Shown here: positions 35,616 to 44,388 of the stretch, piece by piece | Numbering within the stretch: position 1 is the stretch's first letter | Layout: every line of letters begins with the position of its first letter | Source of the DNA: Polyangiales bacterium | GTDB taxonomy: Bacteria > Myxococcota_A > Polyangia > Polyangiales > JADJQN01 | Length of the DNA stretch: 64,000 nucleotides | Direction: 5' to 3' | NCBI GenBank assembly: GCA_964202905.1 | Contig: CAXNJO010000014.1 | Span: forward strand, 20,844-84,843 | The notes under the pieces: generated by a model | Seen by the model: the letters and a program-made list of their open reading frames with translations, nothing else | Told to the model about the DNA's origin: nothing | The model's database searches: none | Program-made: the position numbers and the translations under genes

Positions 35616-36613
35616 TTCGCGCTCCCGCCGAGCCGCGCGCGCAGCCAGCCGAGCGAGAGCTCGCGCCGTCCGAGGAAGCCCTCCGGACGTAGCAACATGG
35701 TTGCGATGAGCAGCAGCGAGTACGCGATGAGCCGGAACTGCTGGGCCTCGCGGAGCAGCTCGAGGAGCACGGTGATCGCCACCGCGCCGAGCACCGCACC
35801 CGAGATGCTCCCGAGGCCGCCGACGATGATCATCACGATGACCTCGATCGAGCGGTCGAACTTGAAGTCGTCGGGGCGGACGCTGCCGTTCATGTGGCCG
35901 TAGAGCCCACCCGCGATGCCCGCGGCCATCGACGAGACGACGAAGGCGATGACCTTGAGGCGCGTCGTCGGCAGGCCGATGGACTCGGCGCTGATCTCGT
36001 CCTCGCGGATCTGCGCGAGCGCGCGGCCGTACGACGAGCGCGTGAGGCTCGTGACGACGACGACGACGAGCGCGGCCCACGCGAACACCTGGAAGAAGCT
36101 CGAATAGACGGGGAGGCCGAGGGCGCGGCCGCCGCTGTAGCCCGTCGCGCCGCCGAGCGACTCGGCGTTGTTGAAGACGAGGCGGATGATCTCACCGAAG
36201 CCGAGCGTGACGATCGCGAGGTAGTCGCCGCGCAGGCGCAGGCTCGGCGCGCCGACGAGCATGCCCGCGAGCCCCGCGAGCGACGCGGCGACGAGCAGCC
36301 CCGCAGTGAGCACGAGCCCGTGCGCGAGGGGGCCCGGGAGCCCGGCGAGCGCGGGCGTGAACGCGTCCTCGAGGCCGATCACGGTGACCGCGCAGCCATA
36401 GGCGCCGACGGCCATGAAGCCCGCGTGACCGATCGAGAACTGGCCCGTCGTGCCGTTGATGAGGTTGAGCCCCACCGCGAGGATCACGTTGATCCCGCAC
36501 TGCAGGATGATCCGGCCGACGTAGTCGCTCGCCGTCGTCTCGACGATCCATCCGACGCCCGCGAGGACGGCGAGGACCAGGGCCGCGAGGCCGATGCGCT
36601 GGAGCCAGATCAC
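35612..36613 (-). CDS. livM: Branched-chain amino acid ABC transporter permease
   Basis: GQFSIGHAGFMAVGAY, LRLRGDYLAIVTLGFGEI. Confidence 0.93.
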   Translation of the reverse strand: MIWLQRIGLAALVLAVLAGVGWIVETTASDYVGRIILQCGINVILAVGLNLINGTTGQFSIGHAGFMAVGAYGCAVTVIGLEDAFTPALAGLPGPLAHGLVLTAGLLVAASLAGLAGMLVGAPSLRLRGDYLAIVTLGFGEIIRLVFNNAESLGGATGYSGGRALGLPVYSSFFQVFAWAALVVVVVTSLTRSSYGRALAQIREDEISAESIGLPTTRLKVIAFVVSSMAAGIAGGLYGHMNGSVRPDDFKFDRSIEVIVMIIVGGLGSISGAVLGAVAITVLLELLREAQQFRLIAYSLLLIATMLLRPEGFLGRRELSLGWLRARLGGSAK

Positions 36614-36710
36614 GTGGTGGGTCGCGGGGGGACCCGCGCCGCGCAGGTATCACACGGGAGCGCGCCGCGATGCAACGGCGATCGCGGCGCGCGCTGGTAG
36701 AGTCGCGCGG

Positions 36711-37556
36711 ATGACGACGACGCCCGACGCCGCGCCCGCTCTCCGACGCTTCGGCCGCACCGCGCAGGAGGTGCCCGTGATCGGGCAGGGGACGTGGCAG
36801 ATGGAGCGCGACGCCCGCGCGACGTGCATCGAGGCCCTGCGCGCGGGGCTCGACCTCGGGCTGACGCACCTCGACACCGCGGAGCTCTACGGCGACGGCC
36901 GCGTCGAGACGCTCGTCGGCGAGGCCATCGCGGGGCGGCGCGACGCGGTGTTCCTCGTCTCGAAGGTGAAGCCCAACAACGCGGGGAGATTCGGGGCGAT
37001 CGAAGCGTGCGAGCGCAGCCTGAAGCGGCTCGGCACCGATCGGCTCGACTGTTATCTGCTGCACTGGCGCGGGCCGGTGCCGCTCGCGGAGACGCTCGAG
37101 GCCTTCGAGCGGCTCGAGACCGCGGGCAAGATCCGCAGCTGGGGCGTGAGCAACTTCGACGTCGCGGACCTCGAGGAGGCCGAGCGCCTCGTCGGGCCGG
37201 GGCGCATCGCGTGCAACCAGGTGCTCTACCACCCGGAGGACCGCGCGATCGAAGTGGGCGTGCTCCCGTGGTGCGAGGCGCGCGGGATCGCCGTCGTCGG
37301 CTACAGCCCCTTCGGCTCGCGGGGCGGCTTCCCCGCGTCGGACTCGCCGCGCGGCCGCGCGCTCGACGCCGTCGCGACGAAGCACGGCGTCAGCGCGCGC
37401 CAGGTCGTGCTCGCGTGGGTGTCGCGCACCCCGGCGCTCCTCGCGATCCCCAAGGCCTCGCGGCCGGAGCACGTGCGCGACAACGCGCGCGCGCTGCGGC
37501 TCGCGCTCGACGCGGACGACCTCGCGGCGCTCGAACGCGCCTTCCCGCTCCGCTGA
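36711..37556 (+). CDS. Aldo/keto reductase
   Basis: GQGTW, DTAELYG, SKV, DCYLLHW, GVSNF, NQVLY, IPK. Confidence 0.93.
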   Translation: MTTTPDAAPALRRFGRTAQEVPVIGQGTWQMERDARATCIEALRAGLDLGLTHLDTAELYGDGRVETLVGEAIAGRRDAVFLVSKVKPNNAGRFGAIEACERSLKRLGTDRLDCYLLHWRGPVPLAETLEAFERLETAGKIRSWGVSNFDVADLEEAERLVGPGRIACNQVLYHPEDRAIEVGVLPWCEARGIAVVGYSPFGSRGGFPASDSPRGRALDAVATKHGVSARQVVLAWVSRTPALLAIPKASRPEHVRDNARALRLALDADDLAALERAFPLR

Positions 37557-37586
37557 GCGGCGAGCCCCGCGCGTGGCGCGAAGTGG

Positions 37587-39770
37587 TTAAACCTTTTCCT
37601 GCCGCACGACGCCGAGGAGTCCCTGCGGCCGGAAGAGCAGCACGCCCACGAGGATCACGAAGGTGATCGCGTCGCGGTAGTCGGCCGAGAGGTAGCCCGC
37701 GGTGAGCTGCTCGGCGAGGCCGATGAGCAGGCCGCCGAGCACCGCGCCCGGGATGTTGCCGATGCCGCCGAGCACCGCGGCGACGAAGGCCTTGAGGCCG
37801 ATGAGGACGCCCATCATCGGCTCGATCTTCGTCTGATCGAGGCCGAAGAGGACGCCGCCCGCAGCCGCGAGCGCGGAGCCGAGCGCGAAGGTGACAGCGA
37901 GATGGTGCGGTCGACGGGGACGCCCATCAGCCGCGCGGCCGTCGGGGTTGACGGCGACCGCGCGCATCGCCTTGCCCGTCCACGTCTTCTTCACGAAGCG
38001 ATCGAGGCCGATCATCAGCGCGATCGAGACGCCGAAGATCACGAGCTTCACGTTGGTGATCACGACGCCCCCGATCTCGAAGCGCGACTCGGCGACGATC
38101 GAGGGGAAGCTGCGCGGCGTCGCGCTGAACACGAAGACGCCGAGGTTCTGCAAGAGCAGCGAGACGCCGATCGCCGTGATGAGCGGCGTGAGCCGCGGCG
38201 CGTTGCGCACGGGGCGGTAGGCGAGCCGCTCGATCGTGACGCCGAGGAGGGCGGCGGCGACCATCGCGAAGACGAGCACCGCGAACGCGGCCGCGATCGG
38301 GAAGGGCAGCCCCTGCCGGTAGCCGAGCCAGTTCGCGCAGTAGAAGCCGGCGAACGCGCTCATCATGAAGACCTCGCTGTGCGCGAAGTTGATGAGGCCG
38401 AGCACGCCGTAGACCATCGTGTAGCCGAGCGCGATGAGCGCGTAGATGCTGCCGGCGCTGAGGCCGTTGACGAGCTGCTGGAAGAAGACGCCGAGGCCGC
38501 CGCCGCTCGGGCGCTGGCGCGACGGATCCGCGATGCGGTCGGGCGTCGCATCGGCCGCGGCCGCGAGCGTGTCGGCGGAGACCGGCTCGACGGTCGTCTC
38601 GAAGACGTCACCGCCCGGCGCGACCCGCAGCACGACCGCAGGCTTGATGGGGTTGCGCGTCGCCGGGTCCATCGTGATGACACCCGTGACGCCCGCGAAA
38701 TCGCGCGTCTTCGCGAGCTCGACGCGGATCGCACGCGGCGTGAGCTCGGGGGCGCGGCGCATCGCATCGAAGAGCATCATCGCCGCGTCGTAGCCCTGCG
38801 CGGCGAGCGAGGTCGGAGGCTCGCCGTGGCGCTGGCGGTAACGCGCGATGAAGCTGCGCGCGCGCGGGCTCGGGTTGTCGGGGGCGAAGTGGTTCGAGTA
38901 GTAGCTGCCGAGGATGTCGGGCCCGCCGATCTCGCGGAGCTGCGGCGAGTCCCAGCCGTCGCCGCCGAGGAGCGTCGCCTGCAGGCCGAGCCGCTTGGCC
39001 TGGCGCGCGATGTTGCCGACGTCGCCGTAGTAACCGGGGATGAAGATGGCCTCGGGCGCGGCGGACTTCATCGAGGTGAGCTGCGCGCCGAAGTCGGTGT
39101 CGCCCGCGCTGTAGCTCTGCTCGGCGACGATCTGCCCGCCGGTGCGGCGGAACTCGTCGACGAAGGCGCGCGCGAGGCCCACGGAGTAGTCGTTGCGCAC
39201 GTCGCGGAAGACCGCGACGCGCGTGTAATGCATGTGATCGGCCGCGAAACGCGCCATCACGTAGCCCTGGAAGGGGTCGATGAAGCAGACGCGGAAGACC
39301 TGATCGCCGATCTGCGTGACGGCCTCGTTCGTCGAGGACGGCGAGATCATCGGCACACCCTTGCGCTGGCAGATGCGCCCGCCGACGAGCGAGAGCGACG
39401 ACGCGACCTCGCCGAGCACCGCGACCGCGCCCTCGACGTCGATGAGGCGCGTGACGGCGTTGCCCGCCTCGTCCGCCTTGCCCTGCGTGTCGAGGACGAC
39501 GAGCGACACGGGCTTCCCGCGGACGCCGCCGGCGTGGTTCACGTCCTCGAAGGCCATGTCGAAGCCGCGCTTGGTCTGCGTGCCGAAGTCGGCCGTCGCG
39601 CCCGTCATCGAGAGGTAGGCGCCGACCGTCAGGCCCTCGCGCGACTTGCACCCGGCGCCACCCCACGGGGCGAGCGCGAGGACGGCCGCGAGGGTCGCGA
39701 CGACGGCGGGCGCGCGGCGCAGCAGGCGCGTGGCGCGCGGCGGGCGTGGAGCGGAGATCGGGGCAGGCAC
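37587..39770 (-). CDS. livH: Fused branched-chain amino acid substrate-binding protein (LivK-like) and LivH permease
   Basis: Lipoprotein signal (GAGC); SBP motifs FRVCFIDPFQG, GGDGWDS, GYDA; linker; LivH motifs GSIYALIALGYTMVYG, LKAFVAAVLGGIG in one ORF. Confidence 0.85.
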   Translation of the reverse strand: MPAPISAPRPPRATRLLRRAPAVVATLAAVLALAPWGGAGCKSREGLTVGAYLSMTGATADFGTQTKRGFDMAFEDVNHAGGVRGKPVSLVVLDTQGKADEAGNAVTRLIDVEGAVAVLGEVASSLSLVGGRICQRKGVPMISPSSTNEAVTQIGDQVFRVCFIDPFQGYVMARFAADHMHYTRVAVFRDVRNDYSVGLARAFVDEFRRTGGQIVAEQSYSAGDTDFGAQLTSMKSAAPEAIFIPGYYGDVGNIARQAKRLGLQATLLGGDGWDSPQLREIGGPDILGSYYSNHFAPDNPSPRARSFIARYRQRHGEPPTSLAAQGYDAAMMLFDAMRRAPELTPRAIRVELAKTRDFAGVTGVITMDPATRNPIKPAVVLRVAPGGDVFETTVEPVSADTLAAAADATPDRIADPSRQRPSGGGLGVFFQQLVNGLSAGSIYALIALGYTMVYGVLGLINFAHSEVFMMSAFAGFYCANWLGYRQGLPFPIAAAFAVLVFAMVAAALLGVTIERLAYRPVRNAPRLTPLITAIGVSLLLQNLGVFVFSATPRSFPSIVAESRFEIGGVVITNVKLVIFGVSIALMIGLDRFVKKTWTGKAMRAVAVNPDGRAADGRPRRPHHLAVTFALGSALAAAGGVLFGLDQTKIEPMMGVLIGLKAFVAAVLGGIGNIPGAVLGGLLIGLAEQLTAGYLSADYRDAITFVILVGVLLFRPQGLLGVVRQEKV

Positions 39771-39860
39771 CGGCCGACGTATCCCACGGGGCGCGCGCCC
39801 GAGGCAATGGGCGAAGCGGTGCCCTTCCCCTCGCCGGATCCGCTCTGCTATACGCGCGCC

Positions 39861-40493
39861 GTGGCCTTCTTCGAGTGGATCCTGCACACCCTCCGCGACC
39901 CGGGCGACCTGATCCGCTGGGGCGGCTACCCCGCCCTCACCGCGATCATCTTCCTCGAGACGGGCGCGATGGTGTTCTTCCTCCCGGGGGACTCGCTCCT
40001 CTTCGTCGCGGGGCTCTTCGCGGGGCGCGGTGACCTCGACATCCTGCTGCTGCAGGCGCTGCTGATCCCCGCCGCGATCCTCGGCGACGCGACGTCGTAC
40101 ACGCTCGGCAAGCGGCTCGGGCCCGCGATCTTCCGCAAGCAGGAGTCACGCTTCTTCAAGCCCTCGCACGTCGAGGCCGCGCAGAAGTTCTACGAGAAGC
40201 ACGGCGGCAAGGCGATCGTGATCGCGCGCTTCATGCCGCTCGTGAGGACCTTCGTGCCCGTCGTCGCGGGCGTCGCGAAGATGCGGTACCGCGACTTCGT
40301 GATGTTCAACGTGGCGGGCGCCGCGGCGTGGATCGTGTCGATGACGCTGATGGGCTACTTCCTCGGGCAGTTCGAGTGGGTGGGCAAGCACGTCGAGAAG
40401 ATCATCATCGCGATCGTGCTGCTCTCCGTCGCGCCCGGCCTGCTCGAGTGGTGGAAGCACCGCCGCGCGCAGCCCGCGCCGTCCGCCGACTGA
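39861..40493 (+). CDS. dedA: DedA (VTT-domain) family membrane protein
   Basis: FLETG, FFLPGDSLLFVAG, GDATSY, ARFMPLVRTF. Confidence 0.92.
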   Translation: MAFFEWILHTLRDPGDLIRWGGYPALTAIIFLETGAMVFFLPGDSLLFVAGLFAGRGDLDILLLQALLIPAAILGDATSYTLGKRLGPAIFRKQESRFFKPSHVEAAQKFYEKHGGKAIVIARFMPLVRTFVPVVAGVAKMRYRDFVMFNVAGAAAWIVSMTLMGYFLGQFEWVGKHVEKIIIAIVLLSVAPGLLEWWKHRRAQPAPSAD

Positions 40494-40529
40494 ATTACGG
40501 TTCAGTGACCGCGGCGCGCGACGGAACGA

Positions 40530-40563
40530 CGAAGGCCCCGCGGGTCGCCCTGCGAGGCCTTCG
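40530..40563. terminator. Hairpin between convergent dedA and RRM genes
   Basis: CGAAGGCC...GGCCTTCG inverted repeat with imperfect inner stem. Confidence 0.55.
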
Positions 40564-40599
40564 AGTCGTGACGCGCGCCCCGGGGGACGCGCCGCGCGA

Positions 40600-41032
40600 T
40601 CACCAGCGGCCGCCGCCGCCGCCCTCGCCGCGACCGCCGCCGCCGCTAGCCGCCGCCGCCGCGACCGCCGCCGCCGCGACCGGCCGCCGCCGCTGACCGC
40701 CGCCGCCACCGCCGCCGCCGCCGTCAGCCGCCGCCACCGCCGCCGTAGCCGCCGCGACCGCCGCCGCCGCCGCCGCGATCCTCGCGCGGACGCGCGACGT
40801 TGACCTGGATGGTGCGGCCGTCGACGGTCTGGCCGTCGAGCGCCTCGATCGCCGCCTGCGCCTCACCGTCGCTCGACATCTCGACGAACGCGAAGCCGCG
40901 CGAGCGGCCCGTGTCGCGATCGCTGACGATGGTCGCGCGGGTGACCGTACCGTGCGCCGAAAAGAGGTCGCTGAGGTCATCTTCGGTGGTGCGGAACGAG
41001 ATATTGCCGACGTAGAGCTTGTTGTTCGACAT
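40600..41032 (-). CDS. RRM RNA-binding protein with Gly/Arg-rich tail (tail frame-broken in GGC repeat)
   Basis: RNP2 LYVGNI, RNP1 RGFAFVEM; tail probably ends ...GGGRW* at 40600. Confidence 0.88.
40608..40776 (-). repeat. Imperfect (GGC)n trinucleotide repeat encoding the Gly-rich tail
   Basis: Long run of gcc/ggc units with sporadic single-base interruptions. Confidence 0.9.
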
Positions 41033-41194
41033 GATGCGGGTCTTTCTCGGGCTGCCTGACGGGTCTGTGCTGCGCTGGCCAGCGTTCCGTGGAGCGAGCC
41101 CGAAAATCCGCCGACGATCGACGAGGGGTCCGTCGACCGCGCGCGCCGGGAGCTTTCTCCTGGAACGTGCATCCGACCTCGGATGCGAGCACGA

Positions 41195-42412
41195 CTATCG
41201 ACCGCGGCGCGCCCGTCCGCAAGTCCGTGACCGCCCCGCGCGGGCCAGCAGGAGGAGCGCGACGAGGCCGAGCGCAGCCTTCCAAGTGCCCGAAAACGGG
41301 GTGCGCGGCGCGATCCGGCAGCCGCAGCCACCCTCGAGCGCGAAGCGCTTCGCGCCGCCCGTCGCCGCGCCGTCCGCGGGGACGCGCGCATCGAGCGTGG
41401 GCGCGGCGCCATCGAGCCCCGTCGCAGGGCCGAGGTCCGCAGGCGGCGGGCAGGCCGGGTCCCCGTCCGCGCAGTCCTGATCGCGGCCGTCGCCGCAGGG
41501 GTCGGGCGCACCGGGGAACACGGCCGCGTCGGCGTCGTCGCAGTCGATGTCCGCGCGCGCGCCGTCGCCGTCCGCGTCGGGCGGCTCCGCGCAGAGGTCG
41601 TCGACGCCCACCGGCATGGACACGCAGCCGTAGGGACACGGCTCGACCATGTCGGCGCCGTCGATGCAGCGACGGCGCTGGGTGCGCGCGCCATCGCACG
41701 TCCAGATCGCGTAGGTGCCGAACGGGCACGTGGGGGGCGGCGTCGCGCCGTCGCACGTCGCGTCCGGCAGACCGCGGTAGGGGCCCTGCCCCGTCCAGAC
41801 GCTGCGCGCGAGCGGCGAGCACGAGCCCGCGAAGGGATCGTAGGCCGTGAGGTATCCGCCCGTCGGCGGGCGCGTCTCGAAGTGCACGTGCGCGCCCGTC
41901 GTGCAGCCCGAGGAGCCGATCTGCCCGACCACCTGCCCGCACGTGACGCGATCGCCGACGGCGACGCGCACGGAGCCCATGCGCATGTGCCCGTAAAACG
42001 CGCGATATCCGCCGTGATCGATGCCGACGTAGTTGCCGAAGCCCCCGCCGTACGCGGTGCCGCAGCGCCCATCCACGGAGGCGTCACAGGTGCGGCAGCG
42101 GTCGTAGTGGCCGTCCGAGGCGCTGATCACGACGCCGTCCGCGACCGCGACGAGGTCGTGGCCCACGTCGATCGCGCCGTTGCCGCCCGCGAGGCTGAAG
42201 TCGCTGCCGCGGTGCCCGTTGTAGCTGCTCGTGCCGCAGTTCCAGTCCTGCGTCGCGCCGCCCGAGTCTTCGTCGAAGTAGTACCAGCCGGCGATGCAGC
42301 GATCGCACGCGGTCGGCCGCCGGGCCGTCTGCGCGGACGCGACGGCTGCATGGGCACCCAGCGCGAGGAGAAACACCGTCGCACAGAGAGCCTGCCGACG
42401 ACGACGCCTCAT
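41195..42412 (-). CDS. M23 family peptidase with Cys-rich metal-binding repeat and MYXO-CTERM-like anchor
   Basis: Signal peptide; HRGSD (HxxxD), YGHM, HVH; DADGDG...DCDD...PGAPDPCGDGRDQDC; GGCGC plus hydrophobic stretch plus basic residues. Confidence 0.85.
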   Translation of the reverse strand: MRRRRRQALCATVFLLALGAHAAVASAQTARRPTACDRCIAGWYYFDEDSGGATQDWNCGTSSYNGHRGSDFSLAGGNGAIDVGHDLVAVADGVVISASDGHYDRCRTCDASVDGRCGTAYGGGFGNYVGIDHGGYRAFYGHMRMGSVRVAVGDRVTCGQVVGQIGSSGCTTGAHVHFETRPPTGGYLTAYDPFAGSCSPLARSVWTGQGPYRGLPDATCDGATPPPTCPFGTYAIWTCDGARTQRRRCIDGADMVEPCPYGCVSMPVGVDDLCAEPPDADGDGARADIDCDDADAAVFPGAPDPCGDGRDQDCADGDPACPPPADLGPATGLDGAAPTLDARVPADGAATGGAKRFALEGGCGCRIAPRTPFSGTWKAALGLVALLLLARAGRSRTCGRARRGR

Positions 42413-43255
42413 TCTGCGGCCCCACGATAGGCCACGCGCACGACGCCGTAACGCACGACGTCGCCGTCGAACGCGAGGTCGGCGGGGCCCGCCGGCAAGG
42501 GCAGAAAGGCACTCTCGTCGAGCGCGCCCGTGGTGAGAATGCAATTCGTCAGACAGCGCGGAATGGCACCCTGCGGCGGATGCGACGGATTCGAATCCTG
42601 CGCACGCGGCGACGGGAGGGCGACGACGTGCAGCCCCGCGACGCCGCCCGGCGAGCGCCCGACGTAGACCAGCTGCCGCGCATCCGGCGCGAAGCGCAGC
42701 GCCCCCGCAGCCGGGAGATCGCGCGCGATCGTGTGCGTGCGCCCGCCCGCTGAGGAGGTGCAGCGCGACGGTGAGCGCGCCGTCGTGCACGACGACCGCG
42801 AGCAGGGCGCCCGTGTCGTCGACGGCGGGCCGATCGACGACGTCACGCGCGACGAGCACCGCGCGCCCATCGGCGGTCACGCGCCGCAAGGTTCCGTCCA
42901 CGCTGCGCACCGCGGCCGCCTCGCCCCAAGGCACGGCGTCGATCGCGGGCGACGGCAGCGAGAGTGGCTGAACGACACCATCATGGAAGATGCCCATCGA
43001 CACCGTCGACGGACCGTCTCCGCCGGGAGGCGCCTCGTCGATCGTCCGGAGCGCGAGGAGGCGCGTCTCACCGAGCCACGCGAGAGGACGCGCCCCCGCG
43101 GGCAGCGGCGCAGCGGTCGCACCGGCACGCGCGGGCGCTGCGCCGTGGGGCGCGGTGTCCCGCGGCACCGCCGCGCAGCCCGACGCTGCGAGCGCGACGC
43201 CGAAGAGCGCGGGACGGACGCGACGCAGGGCCGCGCAGGGAGAGGGTGTCCGCAT
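42409..43255 (-). CDS. Putative lipoprotein, TolB-like propeller fragment (+1 frameshift near 42745)
   Basis: Lipobox ASGC; the corrected frame continues LRFAPDARQLVYVGRSPGGVAGL and stops at 42409, overlapping the M23 ATG. Confidence 0.6.
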
Positions 43256-43439
43256 GAGTGTCGCGCGAGGATACAACGGCGCGCGACGGGTCTGGCAGGG
43301 CGCGTGGCCCGACCACGCGCGTGTCGCGCGGGCCGCAGCGCACGCCGTCGCGCGACGCGGTCGCTGGGGCCGTTCGAGCCGCGCCCGGCAAGCTGCGCCG
43401 CTTGACGCGCCAAGTCGCAGCGTCTAGTCGCTCTCGACG

Positions 43440-44354
43440 ATGCGTCGTGTCCTCGCCCCGCTCGTCGCGCTCGTGCTCGCCGGCTGCGCCACGCTGCCCG
43501 AGGGGCGCGCGGAGAGCGCGCTCTACGTCGATGTGCGCAAGGCCGTCGCGCTGCGGGAGAGCGCCGAGTGGATCGTCGATCGGCTCGAGGTCGCGGGCAT
43601 CGCCGAGAGCGCGATGCGCAGCGCGTGTCAGGTGGACGCGCCCGCGCGCGAGCGGCTCGTCGCGTGGCTCGACGCGCGCATCGAGGCGGAGGGCGGGCCC
43701 GCGGAGGCGCGCTGGCGCCGCGATCGCGACGCGCCGATCGGCGAGGCGCTGAGCCTCGAGCGGGTGCGCGCGGTGGTGCGGTACGCGGACGAGCACGCGC
43801 ACGAGTGCCCGTTCTGGCTGGACGCGGACGCCACGTTCGACGGGGTGCAGACGGACGCGCGGCGCCTCGTGCTGCTCGCGGAGAGCTTCGGCGGGGGCGG
43901 GCTCATCGTGTCGCGCGGGGGCGTGCGACTTGGCGGCGGCGGCGGCGGGCGGCTCACCGTCGCGTGGGGGCTCGACCAGCGGCTGACGATCGGGCTCGGC
44001 GCGGAGCTCGGGGGCGTCGGCACCTTCGGCGGCGAGGACACCTCGGGCGCGCGGGCGCTCGTCGCGCGCTTCACGGCCGCGGTGCCGCTGGTGCTCCGCG
44101 TGACGAACCTCTCGCGCATCCTCGACCTCGAGCTCGCGCCGACCGCGCGCTGGAGCCCGAGCGATCTGCGCCTCCCGCCGGGCGTGCGCGTCGGCGTCGC
44201 CTACGGGCTGAGCACGGTGCGCGTCGGGCCGTTCATGCCCACGGCGATGCTCTATTTCCGCTACGAGTACCTGCCCGCCTCGCGCGACGGTCTCGACCCG
44301 GCCGAGCAGCTCTTCCTGCTCGGGACCAAGGTCGGGCTCGACTTCGACCCGTGA
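43440..44354 (+). CDS. Hypothetical lipoprotein with C-terminal beta-strand-rich domain
   Basis: Lipobox LAGC; amphipathic beta strands ending ...GTKVGLDFDP; TTGACG-17-TAGTCG upstream. Confidence 0.7.
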   Translation: MRRVLAPLVALVLAGCATLPEGRAESALYVDVRKAVALRESAEWIVDRLEVAGIAESAMRSACQVDAPARERLVAWLDARIEAEGGPAEARWRRDRDAPIGEALSLERVRAVVRYADEHAHECPFWLDADATFDGVQTDARRLVLLAESFGGGGLIVSRGGVRLGGGGGGRLTVAWGLDQRLTIGLGAELGGVGTFGGEDTSGARALVARFTAAVPLVLRVTNLSRILDLELAPTARWSPSDLRLPPGVRVGVAYGLSTVRVGPFMPTAMLYFRYEYLPASRDGLDPAEQLFLLGTKVGLDFDP

Positions 44355-44388
44355 GGGCGACGCTTGCGGGCATGCACGAGGTGGCCCC

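Noticed and set aside
41195..43276. 693-aa ORF as a novel lipoprotein-M23 fusion
   Set aside because: Produced by a +1 frameshift near 42745; the corrected upstream gene stops at 42409, overlapping the M23 ATG
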